NCBI RefSeq assembly: GCF_963921235.1
Contig: NC_086097.1
Span: forward strand, 79,920,001 to 79,984,000
DNA from: Mobula hypostoma
Taxonomy: Eukaryota
DNA: 64,000 nt
Direction: 5' to 3'
Shown here: piece by piece, positions 51,572 through 63,619 of the stretch
Position numbering within the stretch: position 1 is the first letter of the stretch
Layout: the number at the start of each line of letters is the position of its first letter
Program-made: the position numbers and the translations under genes
The notes under the pieces: model-generated
What the model was told of the DNA's origin: nothing
What the model saw: only the letters and a program-made list of their open reading frames with translations
Database searches by the model: none

Positions 51572-53392
51572 AGATATTTTTAGTTATATAAAGAGTAAAA
51601 GGTGAGAGTTGACATTGGACCACTAGAAAATGATGCTGGTGAGGTAGTAATGGGGGACAAAGAAATGGCAGATGAACTTAATGAAGGGGTACTTTGCATC
51701 TGTCTTCACTGTGGAAGACACTAGCAGTGGACCAGAAGTCTATGAGTGTCAGGGAGCAGGAGTGAGTGCCATTACTATTACAATGGAAAAAGTGCTAGAC
51801 AAGCTCAAAGATCTTAAGATGGATGAGTCACCTGGACCAGATGGGCTACATCCCAGAGTTCTGAGAGAGGTTGCTGAAGTGATAATGGATGCATTGACCA
51901 TGATCTTTCAAGAATCACTTAATTCCTAAATGACCCCATTGGACTGGAAGATTGCAAATGTCACTCCACTCTTTAAGAAGGAAGAGAGACAAAAGAGGGG
52001 AAATTATAGGCCAGTTAGTCTAACCTCAGTGGTTGGGAAAGTGTTAGAGCCTATTATTAAGAATGAGGTTTTGGGGTACTTGAAGACTAATGATAAAATA
52101 AGTCAAAGTCAGCATGGTTTCTCTCAAGGGAAATCTTGCCTGACAACTCTGTTGGAGCTCTTCAAGGAAGTAACAAGCAGAGTGGACAAAGGAGGTGCAG
52201 TGGATGTCATTTACTTGGATTTTCAGAATGCATTTGATAAAATGCCATACCAGGCTGTTTAACAAGATAAAATCCTATGGCATTACAGGAAAGATACAGG
52301 GTTGGATAGAGGAATGGCAGACAGGCAGGAGGCAACAGGTGGGAATAAAAGGGGCCTTTTCTGCCAGTGTCTAGTGGTGTTCCTCAGGGGTCAGTACTGA
52401 GAACGCTACTTTTCACGTTGTTTGTCAATTATTTGAATAACAGAACTGATGGCTTTGTAACCAAGTTTGTGATGATACGAAGATAGGTGGAGGGGTAGGT
52501 AATGCTGAAGATGCAATGCGACTGTAGCAGGACTCAGACAAATTGGAAGAATGGGAAAAAAAGTGGCAGATGGAATACAGTGCTGGGAAAAGTATGATAA
52601 TACATTTTGGTAAAAGGAACAATTGTGCAGGCTATTATCTAAATGGGGAGAAGGTTCAAACATCAGAGGTGCAGAGGCACCTAGGAGTCCTTGTGTAAGA
52701 CTCCCAGCAGGTTAATGTACAGGTTGAGTCTGTGGTAAAGGCAGCAAATGCAATGTTGATATTTATTTTAAGGGGAATAGAATATAAAACCAAGGAGATA
52801 ATGCTGAGCCTTTATAAGACACTAGTCAAACCATACATGGATTACTGTCAACAGTTTTGGGTTCCATATCTCAGAAAGTATGCGTATGTTGTTAGTGGAC
52901 AGAGTCCAGAGGAGATTTACGAGGATGATTCTGGGACTTAAGGGGTTAACATATGAGGAATGTTTGCAGCTTTTGGCCTGTACTCATTGGAATTTAGAAG
53001 AATGCTGGGGGATCTCAGTGAAACCTAACGAATGTTGAAAGTCTAGATAGGGTGAAAGTGGATAGAATGTTTCCTATGGTGGGGATGTCCAGAACTAGAG
53101 GGCACATCCTCAAAATTGAGGGACGACCTTGCAGAATAGAGGTAAGTGGGATTTTTTTGTTAGCCAGAGAGTAGTGGAATCCATGGAATGCTCTGCCACA
53201 GACTGCGGTGGTGGACAAATTGGTGGGTATACTTAAGGCGGAAGTTGATTGCTTCCCTGATTGATCAGAACATCAAAGCATATGGTGAGAAGCAGGCATA
53301 TGGGGTTGAATGGGATCTGGGATCAGCCATGATGGAATGGTGGAACAGATTCGATGGGTTGAATAGCCTAACTCTGCTCCTATGTCTTATGG
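51572..53392 (+). mobile_element. CR1 LINE, 5'-truncated
   Basis: SPGPDGLHPRVL, QHGFSQGKSCL and YLDFQNAFD motifs; tail ctatgtcttatgg. Confidence 0.9.
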
Positions 53393-53397
53393 TTATA

Positions 53398-53994
53398 CGA
53401 GGGGTGATTGATAAGTTTGTGGCCTAAGGTAAAAGCAGCCAATTTCAGAAAACCTAGCATATTTATTTTTCCTACATTTACACACTTAATCCAGAGGTCA
53501 TGGAGTATACGGATCCCTTCTTTGTAGAAGTCGGTGACTTGGAGCTCCAGAAGTGGTCCATAGCAGGGGTGATTGATAAGTTTGTGGTCTAAGGTAGAAG
53601 GAGATGAGTTATTAACTTCAAACTTTCTGCATTTTCACTCAAAGAGTTGAACTACATGTGCATGTAACGACAGCTGCATAACTCATCTCCTTCTACCTTA
53701 CGCCACGAACTTATCAATCACCTCTGCTGTGGACCACCTGGAGGTCCAAGACGCTCTTGTTATATGCACGTGCAGTTCAATTCTTTGAGTGATAATGCAG
53801 AAAGTTTAAAGTTAATAACTCATCTCCTTCTACCTTAGGGCATGAACTTATCAATCACCCCTGCTGTGGACCATTTCTACAAAGGAGGGATCTGCATGCT
53901 CCATGACCGCTGGACTAAGTGTGTACATGTAGGAGGGGACTATGTTGAAAAAATAAATGTGCTAGGTTTTCTAAAGTTGACTCCTTCTACCTTA
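53398..53994. mobile_element. Mariner-like MITE with multiplied internal TIR copies, right end truncated
   Basis: Starts TA|cgaggggtgattgataagtttgtggcctaagg. The motif recurs forward near 53564 and inverted near 53690-53722, 53830-53862 and partially at 53980-53994. Confidence 0.75.
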
Positions 53995-55464
53995 TCTGCA
54001 GCATAGCCTGGTATGGAAATTCCATCGCACAGGAATGTAAGAGGCTTGTGAGATTAAACTGTATAATTGTTATTTTCATTGCAGTTTAATGTTTTATGCC
54101 TACTTGTATTTATATAATTACCCATATATCAGTAATTATTCTGTGCTTCCTCTAATGGTTACAGTTCTGTCTCTTTCTGAAAGCATTATTTAAATAGGGG
54201 CTATATGATTGAATAATTCTGATCTGCAAATTTGAATGGAAAGGCTCTTACATATGGCATAAGAAGGGCAGAGCATGTTGGTCCGCCTTCTTTGCTTCTT
54301 TTCCTTTCCCTTCTCGCATCTTGCTACTCCCCAGTTCCAATTCTCTTTGTTCTACAGTATTAGTGCTTAATAAAACAATTGTGAAGCAACACTTTTTATG
54401 CCTCTTTCTTGGCTTTAAAAAACATCAGAATCCAACTATTTGGTGTACTCATCAGATCGGTTGTGAAGATTTACAAACTCTGAAGAATCCCAGAAGAAGT
54501 AGAAATTTTCAGCACCTTAACATAAATGTTGGTAAGAACTTCCTCTGATTCCAGATCATCTGAGAAAAAAGCAGCTAGTTCTCCTTAATACACTATCTGA
54601 TGGAAGTGTAGAAGGGCTATTTTGGAAAACAGATCTGCCAGTTTCAAATTATTGAAACTTCAATTGCAGGGCAATCTAATGGTTGCAATCTACTGATACT
54701 TCAGATCACAGTTGAAATAATAAAAAGTTCATACAAATTAAGTGTTACACGAGATTAAAACAATGACTAAAGTCATGAAACAAAGTTCTTATTCTGCATA
54801 AAACATCTCAGTTTGATAAGATTAATGAAAAAATCCAGAGGAAAAATACCATCAATGTTAAGCTTATTAAGAAGGCATGTAATAATAACCAAAGATTGCT
54901 TAAGGGAAAGGAAAATTAACGTATAATTAAGCAAAAAAGTTAACGAAGCAAGTAAAGAAGTCATCTAATAAATTGGGAAAACAACATGGTAAGTGTAATC
55001 AAATCAAAATGCATTGTACAGAGCTAAGAAGAAAACCAAGGAATATGAAAAAGCTAAGCAAGAATTTCAAGTGGGCAATCCTTCCAGTTCAGTCGGTGAT
55101 TGTGCCAGTGACGCTGCTTCTGATGTTTCTCCTTGGGAAACAACCCATACATAGGACAGTCCTCTGAGACAGCGACACCATCTGAACTCCGAGGAATTAA
55201 AGAATAAACATGGTATAGACTGTACAGTGGTCTCTAGTGACTCAAGTGAGGATGACAGTGATGAAACAATAGGATTGCCAGTTATGTTAAAGCCGGATCA
55301 AGTAAAGACCAAGGTTTGAGATGGCACTGGTAAAGATTAGCAACTACTTCCTGGCAACAAACAAAAGAAAGAATACAACTAAATATTTTATTAATAACCC
55401 TTTCTCTTATAAAATATATGGTAAACGATTCCTGCAAACAATGGAGAGGTGAGTGAAGGCAAGC

Positions 55465-56093
55465 TGAATCTAGGGTCAAAATGCGTGGGTGCCAGGTGAA
55501 CGGAGCAGAGGAGAGGTAGATTCAAGGCCCATCTATCTAAACCAAGAGCCAGATGCATTGACAAGACAGGGTTTTGGGACAAGAGGAGAAGGTCAGGCTG
55601 GCTCTGCTCACTGTTCTGAAACATTTACTTCGTTCTACACTGAACTGAGGCTGAGGCCTGCTCTGGACTCCCAAGTTTGAGGGCTCCACGATATTTACCC
55701 GTCTCTGCACTGAACTGAGGCTGAGGCTGTGGCCTGCTCTGGACTCCCAAGTTTGAGGGCTCCACGATATTTACTCGTCTCTGCACTGAACTGAGGCTGA
55801 GGCTGTGGCCATGGCCAGCTTTGGACTCCAAGTTTGAGGGCTCTGTGACGTTTACTTGCCTCTGTGCTAAACTGACGCTCTGTGGCCTGCTTGAGTTGCA
55901 CCGGGCTTCGTGTCTATGGATTCACTTTTGTTCTGAACACCATTTTCACGATGTGTACTTTTCTCTCTACATATTGAATGCTTGACATTTTTCTTTTTTA
56001 TGTGTTCTTTGTTCTGTGGCTATTTGTAGAAGACCAATCTCATGTTTGTAGAATGTACACATACTTCAACAATAAAAGTACTTTGAGTTTTGA
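55465..56093 (+). mobile_element. Non-autonomous retroposon with an internal tandem array (about 3.5 x 70-80 bp, 55624-55890)
   Basis: Repeated cactgaactgaggctgaggc...ggactcccaagtttgagggctc; Rex-like 3' end aataaaagtactttga. Confidence 0.65.
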
Positions 56094-56144
56094 AGACACG
56101 TAGCACTGAAGATGGAACCTATGAAAGGAGAGTGACCGTGGATT

Positions 56145-59100
56145 ACAATAAGATCCTAAGACATAGGAGCAGAATTAGGCCACTTGGCCTATTGCATCTG
56201 CTCTGTCATTCCACGATGGCTAATGTATTATTCCCTGAACTCTATTCTCTTGCTTTCTCCCCATAAACTTTGACACCCTGACTAATCAGGAATTCATCAA
56301 CCTCCGCTTTAAATATACCCAAAGATTTGTCCTCCAGAGTTGTCCATGGCAATGAATTCCACAGATTCACTACCTTCTGACTAAAGATAATATCTTCATC
56401 TCTGTTCTAAAGGACATGCCCTCTCCTAGACTCATACACTACAGGAAACATATCCTCTCTACCTAGGCCTTAAAATATTTGATAGGTTTCAATGAGATTC
56501 CTTCCTCATTCTTCTAAACTTCAGCAAGTACAGACCTAGAGCCATCAAATGTTCCTCATACGTTAGTTACCCTTTCATTCCTGGAATCATTCTCATGAAC
56601 TTCCTCTCGACACTCTCCAATGCCAGCACATCTTTTATTAGACAAGGGGCCCAAAACTGCTTACAATGCTCCAAGTATTGTCTGACCAATGCATTATAAA
56701 GCCTCAGCATCAAATCCTTGCTCTTGTATTCTTTTCCACTCAAAATGAATGCAAGCATTGCATTTGCCTTCCTTCCCACTGACTCAACCAGCAGGTTAAC
56801 CTTTAGGGAATCCTGCACAAGAACTCCCAAATCCCACTGAACCTGATTTTTGAGTTTTCTCCACATTTAGAAAATAGCCTACACCTTTATTTCTTCTACT
56901 AAAGTGCTTCCTGGCACTGTATTCCATCTGCCACTTCTTTGCCCATTCTCTCAATTTGTATAAGTCCTATGCAGACACACTGCTTCCTTAACACTACCTG
57001 CCCCTCAACCTATCTTTGCATCATTTGCAAACTTGGCCAAAAAGCCAAAAAATTCCATGGTCCAAATTGTTGGCATATATTTCCCAAATATTGATTGGCA
57101 TGTCCCTAAAGCGAGGGGTTTAGATGGGGCAGAGTTTGTTAGGTATGTTGAAGAAAGTTTCTTGACACAATATGTAGATAAGCCTACAAGAGGAGAGGCT
57201 GTACTTGATATGGTATTGGGAAATGAACCTGGTCAGGTGTCAGGTCTCTCGGTGGGAGAGCATTTTGGAGATAGTGATCACAATTCTATCTCCTTTACCA
57301 TAGCGTTGGAGAGGGAGAGGAACAGACAAGTTAGGAAAGCGTTTAATTGGAGTAAGGGGAAATATGAGGCTATCAGGCAGGAACTTGGAAGCATAAATTG
57401 GAAACAGATGTTCTCAGAGAAATGTACGGAAGAAATGTGGCAAATGTTCAGGGGATATTTGCATGGAGTTCTGCGTAAGTACATTCCAATGAAACAGGGA
57501 AAGGATGGTAGGGTACAGCAACCATGGTGTACAAAGGCTGTTGTAAATCTAGTCAAGAAGAAAAGAAGAGCTTCCGAAAAGGTTCAAAATGATAGAGATC
57601 TAGAAGATAATAAGACAAGCAGGAAGGAGCTTAAGAATGAAATTAGGAGAGCCAGGAGGGGCCATGAGAAGGACTTGGCAGACAGGATTAAGGAAAACTC
57701 CCAAGACATTCTACAAGTATGTGAAGAGTAAGAGGATAAGACATTAGAGAATAGGGCCAATCAAGTGTGACACTGGAAAAGTGTGTATGGAACCGGAGCA
57801 GATAGCAGAGGTACTTAATGAGTACTTTGCATCAGTACTCACTACGGAAAAGGATCTTGGCGATTGTAAGGATGACTTACAGCGGACTGAAAAGCTTGAG
57901 CACGTAGATATACAGAAAGAGGATGTGCTGGAGCTTTTGGAAAGCATCAAGTTGGATAAGTCACTGGGACCGGACGAGATGTACCCCAGGCTACTGTGGG
58001 AGGTGAGGGAGGAGATTGCTGAGCTTCTGGTGATGATCGTTGCATCATCAATAGGGACGGGAGAGGTTCCAGAGGATTGGAGGGTTGTGGATGTTGTTCC
58101 ATTATTCAAGAAAGGGAGAAGGGTAGCCCAGGGAATTAAAGACCAGTGAGTCTTACTTCAGTGGTTGGTAAGTTGATGGAGAAGATCCTGAGAGGCAGGA
58201 TTTATGAACATTTGGAGAGGCATAATGCGATTAGGAATAGTCGGCATGGCTTTGTGAAAGGCAGGTCATGCCTTACGAGTCTCATTGAATTTTTTAAGGA
58301 TGTGACTCAACACATTGATGAAGGTAGAGCAGTAGAGGTAGTGTATATGGATTTCAGAAAGGCACTTAATAAAGTACCCCATGCAAGGTTTATTGAGAAA
58401 GTAAGGAGGCATGGGATCCAAGGGGACATTGCTTTGTGGATCCAGAACTGGCTTGCCCACAGAAGGCAAACAGTGGTTGTAGACAGGTCATATTCTGCAT
58501 GGAGGTTAGTGACCAGTGGTGTGCCTCAGGGATCTATTCTGGGATGCCTACTCTTCGTGATTTTTATAAATGACCTGGATGAGGAAGTGGAGGTATAGGT
58601 TAGTAAATTTGCTGATGACACAAAGGTTGGGGGTACTGTGGATAGTGTGGAGTGCTGTCAAAGGTTACAGTGGGACAATGATAGGATGCAAAAACGGATT
58701 GAGAAGTGGCAGATGGAGTTCACCCCAGATAAGTGTGAGGTGGTTCATTTTGGTAGGTCAAATTTGATGGCAGAATATAGTATTAATGGTAAGACTCTTG
58801 GCAGTGTGCAGGATCAGAGGGATCTTGGGGTCCAAGTCTACAGGACACTCAAAGCTGCTGCAAAGGTTAAGAAAGCATACAGTGCATTGGCCTTCATCAA
58901 TCATGAGATTGAGTTTAAGAGCCTAGAGGTAATGTTGCAGCTGTACAGTACCCTGGTCAGACACCACTTGGCATACTGTGCTCAGTTCTGGTCACCTCAC
59001 TATAGGAAGGATGTGCAAACTATAGAAAGGGCGCAGAGGAGATTTACAGGGATGTTGCCTGGATTGAGGAGCATGCCTTATGAGGACAGGTTGAGTGAAC

Positions 59101-61060
59101 TCGGCCTTTTTACCTTGGAGCGAAGGAGGATGAGAGATGACCTGATAGAGGTGTATAAGATGACGAGAGGCATTGGTTGTGGGGATAGTCAGAGGCTTTT
59201 TCCCAGGGCTGAAATGGCTAGTACGAGAGGGCACAGCTTGAAGGTGCTTGGAAGTAGGTACAGAGTAGATGTCAGGGGTAAGTTTTTTTAGACAGAGAGT
59301 GGTGAATGCGTGGAATGGGCTGCCAGCGACGGTGGTGGAGGCGGATACGATAGGGTCTTTTAAGAGACTCCTGGACAGGTACATAGAGCTCAGAAAAATA
59401 GAGGGCTATGGGTAACCCTAGCAAATTTCTAAGGTAAGGACATGTTCAACACCACTTTGTGAGCCAAAGGGCCTGTATTGTGCTGTAGGTTTTCTATGTT
59501 TCTATAACATGAAAATAAGAGGCCCCAATACCGGCTCCTGCAGCACACCACAAGTCACCAGCAACCAACCAGAAAGGGCCACCTTTACTTCCCTCTTGTT
59601 AAACAGTCTCATGTGCAGCAACTTGTCGAAGGCCTTCTGAAAATCCAAGTCAACGACAACCACAGATTACTTTGTATGTCCTGCTGGTTATTTCCTCAGA
59701 GAGTTCCGACAGATTTGTCAGGCAAGATTTCCCCTTAAGAAAACCATGCTGATTTTGGCCTACTTTATCATGCACTTCCAAGCACCTCAAAACCTCATCC
59801 TTAATAAAGAAACTCCAAGTTCTTTGAAACCACTGCCCTATAATTTCTTTTCTTTTGCCTTTTAAATTCTTTGAGTGAAATTTGTAATTTTCCTGTCCTC
59901 CAGAACCATTCCAGAATCTACAATCTCTTCAGCTACCTTTTTCAGAACCCTGGGGTGTGAACAATCTGGTCCAGGCAACTTATCCCCCTTCAGACCTTTT
60001 AATTTCCCAAGCATCCTCTCTTTATTCATATCATAGCAATACACTCACTTCCGTTCCAATAACTATCGAGCCTCCTATCACTATTGCACTGCCTGACTTT
60101 ATGCTTCCCGACTGAGCCTCAGAGCTGGCCACAATGCCACCGGCTTGGCTACTGCTGCCGTGCCCTGATAGGTCATCCCCCCCCTCGGCCCCCATCAGGA
60201 GTACCTAAGAGGTATACTTGTTGAGGAGAATGCCACAGATGAACCCTACACTGTCTGCTTACTCTCCTTACTTCTCCAACTACCATCTGAAGCCTGCACT
60301 CTGGGTGTACCACCTCAGTAAGAGTCTTATCTATGAGGTTTTCAGCCTCCACAATAGTCCTTACTACATCCAGCTCCAGCTTCAGTTCATCGACCTTATC
60401 AGCCAGGAGCTGAAATTGGGTGCACTTTCTACAGATGTAGTCATCAAGGAAACTGCGAGGTACCCTAAAATACCACATCTCACAGGAGCAGCATTCCACT
60501 GCCTGAATTACCATCCTGCCTCAAGCTTAGGTTCTAGCCTGTGTCTGTTCTCACCTAAGCTGGTGAGCCAGAGCCTGACCATTCTAACAATGACCCACTC
60601 CAACAGCGGCTGTTCCCACAAAGGCCACTCTGCTCACAGCCTACTTCTTTTTATTGATCCTAGTGGTGTGCTAAAAGATGGCAATGACTGCAGCTTGCTG
60701 TAAAGTTCCAAAAGGCCTCGAGCCCTTTTTAAACCATGCACAGCCTCACCAACAAATGACCTCTTGTGATGATTGCATTTCGCTGAAAAGTTCTGAAAGG
60801 CCCCAGGTTCTTTTCAAATATCACTCGGCCTCAACAATGAATGATATCTCGTGTTGATTGCAGCGCTCTGAGAAGTTCTAAAAGGCCCCGAGCTCTTTTT
60901 AATCCTTGGATACCTCTCTGATGAATGGCTTCTCACAATGATTACAGCCTTTTTTACCTGTTTCATTGTGCACCACAACCTCTGGTTGCTCACACTCCCT
61001 CTTGAGAACCTTCTGCTGCCGCTGAGGCATCCTGGACCCCAGCATCCGGGAGGCTAATCA
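56145..61060 (-). mobile_element. CR1 LINE including an ORF1 remnant, split by a plus-strand CR1
   Basis: 3' RT at 56145-57048, resuming near 59510. ORF1 zinc finger/leucine zipper AVECCSCEMW...ICRKC...L at 60173-60514. Confidence 0.8.
57065..59504 (+). mobile_element. CR1 LINE of a second family, 5'-truncated
   Basis: EN FPNIDW...[18 protein letters not shown] and KFADDTK, (ttctatgt)n tail. Confidence 0.93.
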
Positions 61061-61069
61061 ACTACTTGG

Positions 61070-62000
61070 TTCTTAATCAATGTATTGACGAGCTACCCCC
61101 TCTAGTGGCATACCTATCAACTAGGTTCAATACTCTGATGCCATGGATTCTGTTCTGTACCACTGGTGCATAAACATCAAGTGTGGTTGGCTTTCTCAGT
61201 TGATGGTCAACAATATCAGTGGAAATGGATACCACAAAGGCTCCACAGCAGTCCCACTGTCGATCACATGGCTTTGCAACAACATCTGAGGAACTTACCA
61301 GTCACTGATCGGCCTATCATACAATATGCGAATGATATTCCGACTGCATCTGATACTGCAAAACAACATGAACATGATGTGCTTTATTTGCTCAATTATC
61401 TATCCTCCAGAGGTCACAAAGCAAATCTAGACAAGGCACAACAGCAACAAGTAGTAGTGATTTAGCTGGGAAATAAAATTTCCCACAGTAAATGGGAAAT
61501 CACTGACCATCGTGCAAAAGTCGTAAGTTAGCAAAGCCAACTGCAACAGTTCAGTCAACTCCAGTCATTTCTAGTTTTGTGTCATTACAACAGAGCCTGG
61601 TTTGATTCGTGATGAAATTGCCCAACCATTCAACAAGCTGCTGAAGGGCAGTAAATGCACAGACAATGATGTGACTCTTAATGGCTCCTGGTGCTTCTGT
61701 GAAACAGGCACAACTGAAAACTCTGACTGAAGCCTGTAAGAGTGCAGAAAGAAGATCAACTAATATCTACATGATTCCTGATGTGCTTTTGAAGTTATTC
61801 ATAGGTTTGGAAACTTAGGGAGACAAAGAGGATTTGTTATGGCTGTAGGAACCCCAAGTAAGAATGGATAACCAGTACACGAACTCACAGATGCTATACA
61901 ATTGTTATTTTAAAATGTAAAGGCCACTCAAAATGACTACGATGGAAAGTTGTGCAAATGTATTTGCAGATGAAATGGCAAAAAAAGCACAGAAAAGGGT
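61070..62000 (+). pseudogene. ERV pol remnant (RT plus RNase H tail)
   Basis: LAFSVDGQQYQWKWIPQRLHSSPT, IIQYAND (YVDD-like), RGHKANLDKAQ, and NVFADEMAK. Confidence 0.8.
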
Positions 62001-62149
62001 AAAACAAATAAAAGAAGTGAAAAAGGTCAAAGAATTAAAAGAAGTACCAAGAATATAAGCAGTGAACCCAACAACTGAAATTATGGAAATGAAGTTGGAC
62101 CCTGTATCACAAACATACAAGATATTTTAGAGAAGCAAGCGTATTGCTT

Positions 62150-62762
62150 TAATCAGGAAAAGTACTGCAGCTTTAGAAAAAGTAAGCAATGACACTGCAG
62201 ATGTCTTGAGATAAGTAATAGCAGAAATAGGCGCCATGTGTAAGATGGTTCTTCAAAATTGTATGTCATTAGATCTTCTTTTGACAGTGGGGGGGGAATA
62301 TGTACAAGTGTAAGCAAGGACTGTTGTATTTAAATACATGACAAGTCTGAAAACATAAACAACAGGAATTCTGTAGATGCTGCAAATTCAAGCAACACAC
62401 ATAAAAGTTGCTGGTGAACGCAGCAGGCCAGGCAGCATCTCTAGGAAGAGGTGCAGTCGACGTTTCATGCCGAGACCCTTCGTCAGGACTAACTGAAGGA
62501 AGAAAGTCAGAAAACATAACTGATTTGGTTGATCGTACATGTAAAGAAGCAGCTAAAATACATCAGATGGGATTTCTTTGATTGGATTTGGATTTACTTA
62601 AGTCAAGAAAGCTGGGATTACTCAAAGTAACAAATCGTAATATTTATGCTGATATGTCTTATCATAATTTACATCTCTTTTACTGGTATAAGGGCAATCA
62701 TTAATATAGTTCAAACTCACGTAAGTGTGCCTACTAATCTAGCCAAGAATGACATAATCTAA
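62150..62762 (+). pseudogene. ERV env TM remnant (gamma-type)
   Basis: Heptad region, ISD-like LQNCMSLDLLL, CX6CC (CTSVSKDCC after a 1-nt frameshift), hydrophobic anchor IVIFMLICLIIIYISF, stop near 62762. Confidence 0.85.
62359..62503 (-). mobile_element. Penelope-like terminus with hammerhead motif (62454-62490), inserted in env
   Basis: TSD aagtctgaaaacataa / aagtcagaaaacataa (62343-62358 and 62504-62519). Minus strand agtc-CTGACGA...GAAACGTC-gact. Confidence 0.85.
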
Positions 62763-63619
62763 TGAATAATTTGAAGAATATATATCTGATATTTCTATAA
62801 CTTAGGTAGTTTATTATCTTGAACTTAACGTAGATTCCACAAGTTGTTTCTGCCTCTGAATTTTCAGATATAATCACACGTAAGTGTGATTGAGAATCAA
62901 AGGGGAAATGTTGGATTAGACTGTATAATTGTTATTTGAAATTTAACCTTTTATGTCTGCTTGTATTTTATATAATTACCTATATCCATGTAATTGTTCA
63001 GTGTGTCCACTACAGGAATAGTTCTGGAAGCTTCTTTGGTATTGCAGGTGAACTCTTATCTACAAATTTTAATGGAATGGCTCTAAAGGGCAGAGCATAT
63101 TGTCCCACCATCTTTGTTTCTTCTTTTCCTTCCCCTACTAGCCTCTTGCTACTCCCTAATTTCCAATTATCTTTGTTCTCTTAATGTTTAATAAAACAAT
63201 CGTAAAGCAACAAGTTTCATATCTCTTCCTTGACTTCCAAAAGAACTTTGAATCAAAAATATCAGAATCCAACAGGCTACAGAGAAAGCAGGGCTCAGCT
63301 AGTTTCATCACGGTAAAGCTCTCCCCTTGGCTGAGGGCATGTACAAGAGGCGACATCTCAGGAAGGTGATATCTATCATTAAGGACCTCCACCATCCAGG
63401 CCATGCCTTTTCTTGTTGCTACCAGCAAACAGGAGATCTCAAGGTTCAACAACAGTTTCTTCCCGTCATGTAAATTATGTATAACTTAAATTTATGTCAA
63501 TTTATGTTTGTGTGCTATTTTGCGCCTACTGCATAAAGCTAATTTTCATGGCATTTAAACCCTAGGTACCTACACCCATGATAATGGGAATTGTTAGTCA
63601 TTTATATAAGAATGAGAAT

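Larger units (their letters stand above)
54047..63274 (+). mobile_element. Ancient endogenous retrovirus, class I-like (gamma-type env), internally deleted, with nested insertions
   Basis: LTRs at 54047-54438 and 62909-63274, TSD GGCT, TGG-starting PBS-like site at 54441, PPT aaaggggaaa at 62899-62908, plus RT, RNase H and TM remnants. Confidence 0.88.
51005..63560 (+). mobile_element. Rex1/Babar-like LINE broken into three pieces (51005-51570, 53995-54046, 63279-63560)
   Basis: ...RRLRRFGTLSTTFTNLYRC | AWYGNSIAQECKRL | QRKQGSASFIT... reads collinearly once the inserts are removed. Confidence 0.8.

Noticed and set aside
54439..54460. Assignment of the ERV PBS to a specific tRNA
   Set aside because: tggtgtactcatcagatc is too degenerate to assign by eye.
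54973..55167. ERV gag start (MGKQHGK)
   Set aside because: The position fits, but the start is TTG and no capsid or zinc-knuckle motif is recognisable, so it is not annotated separately.
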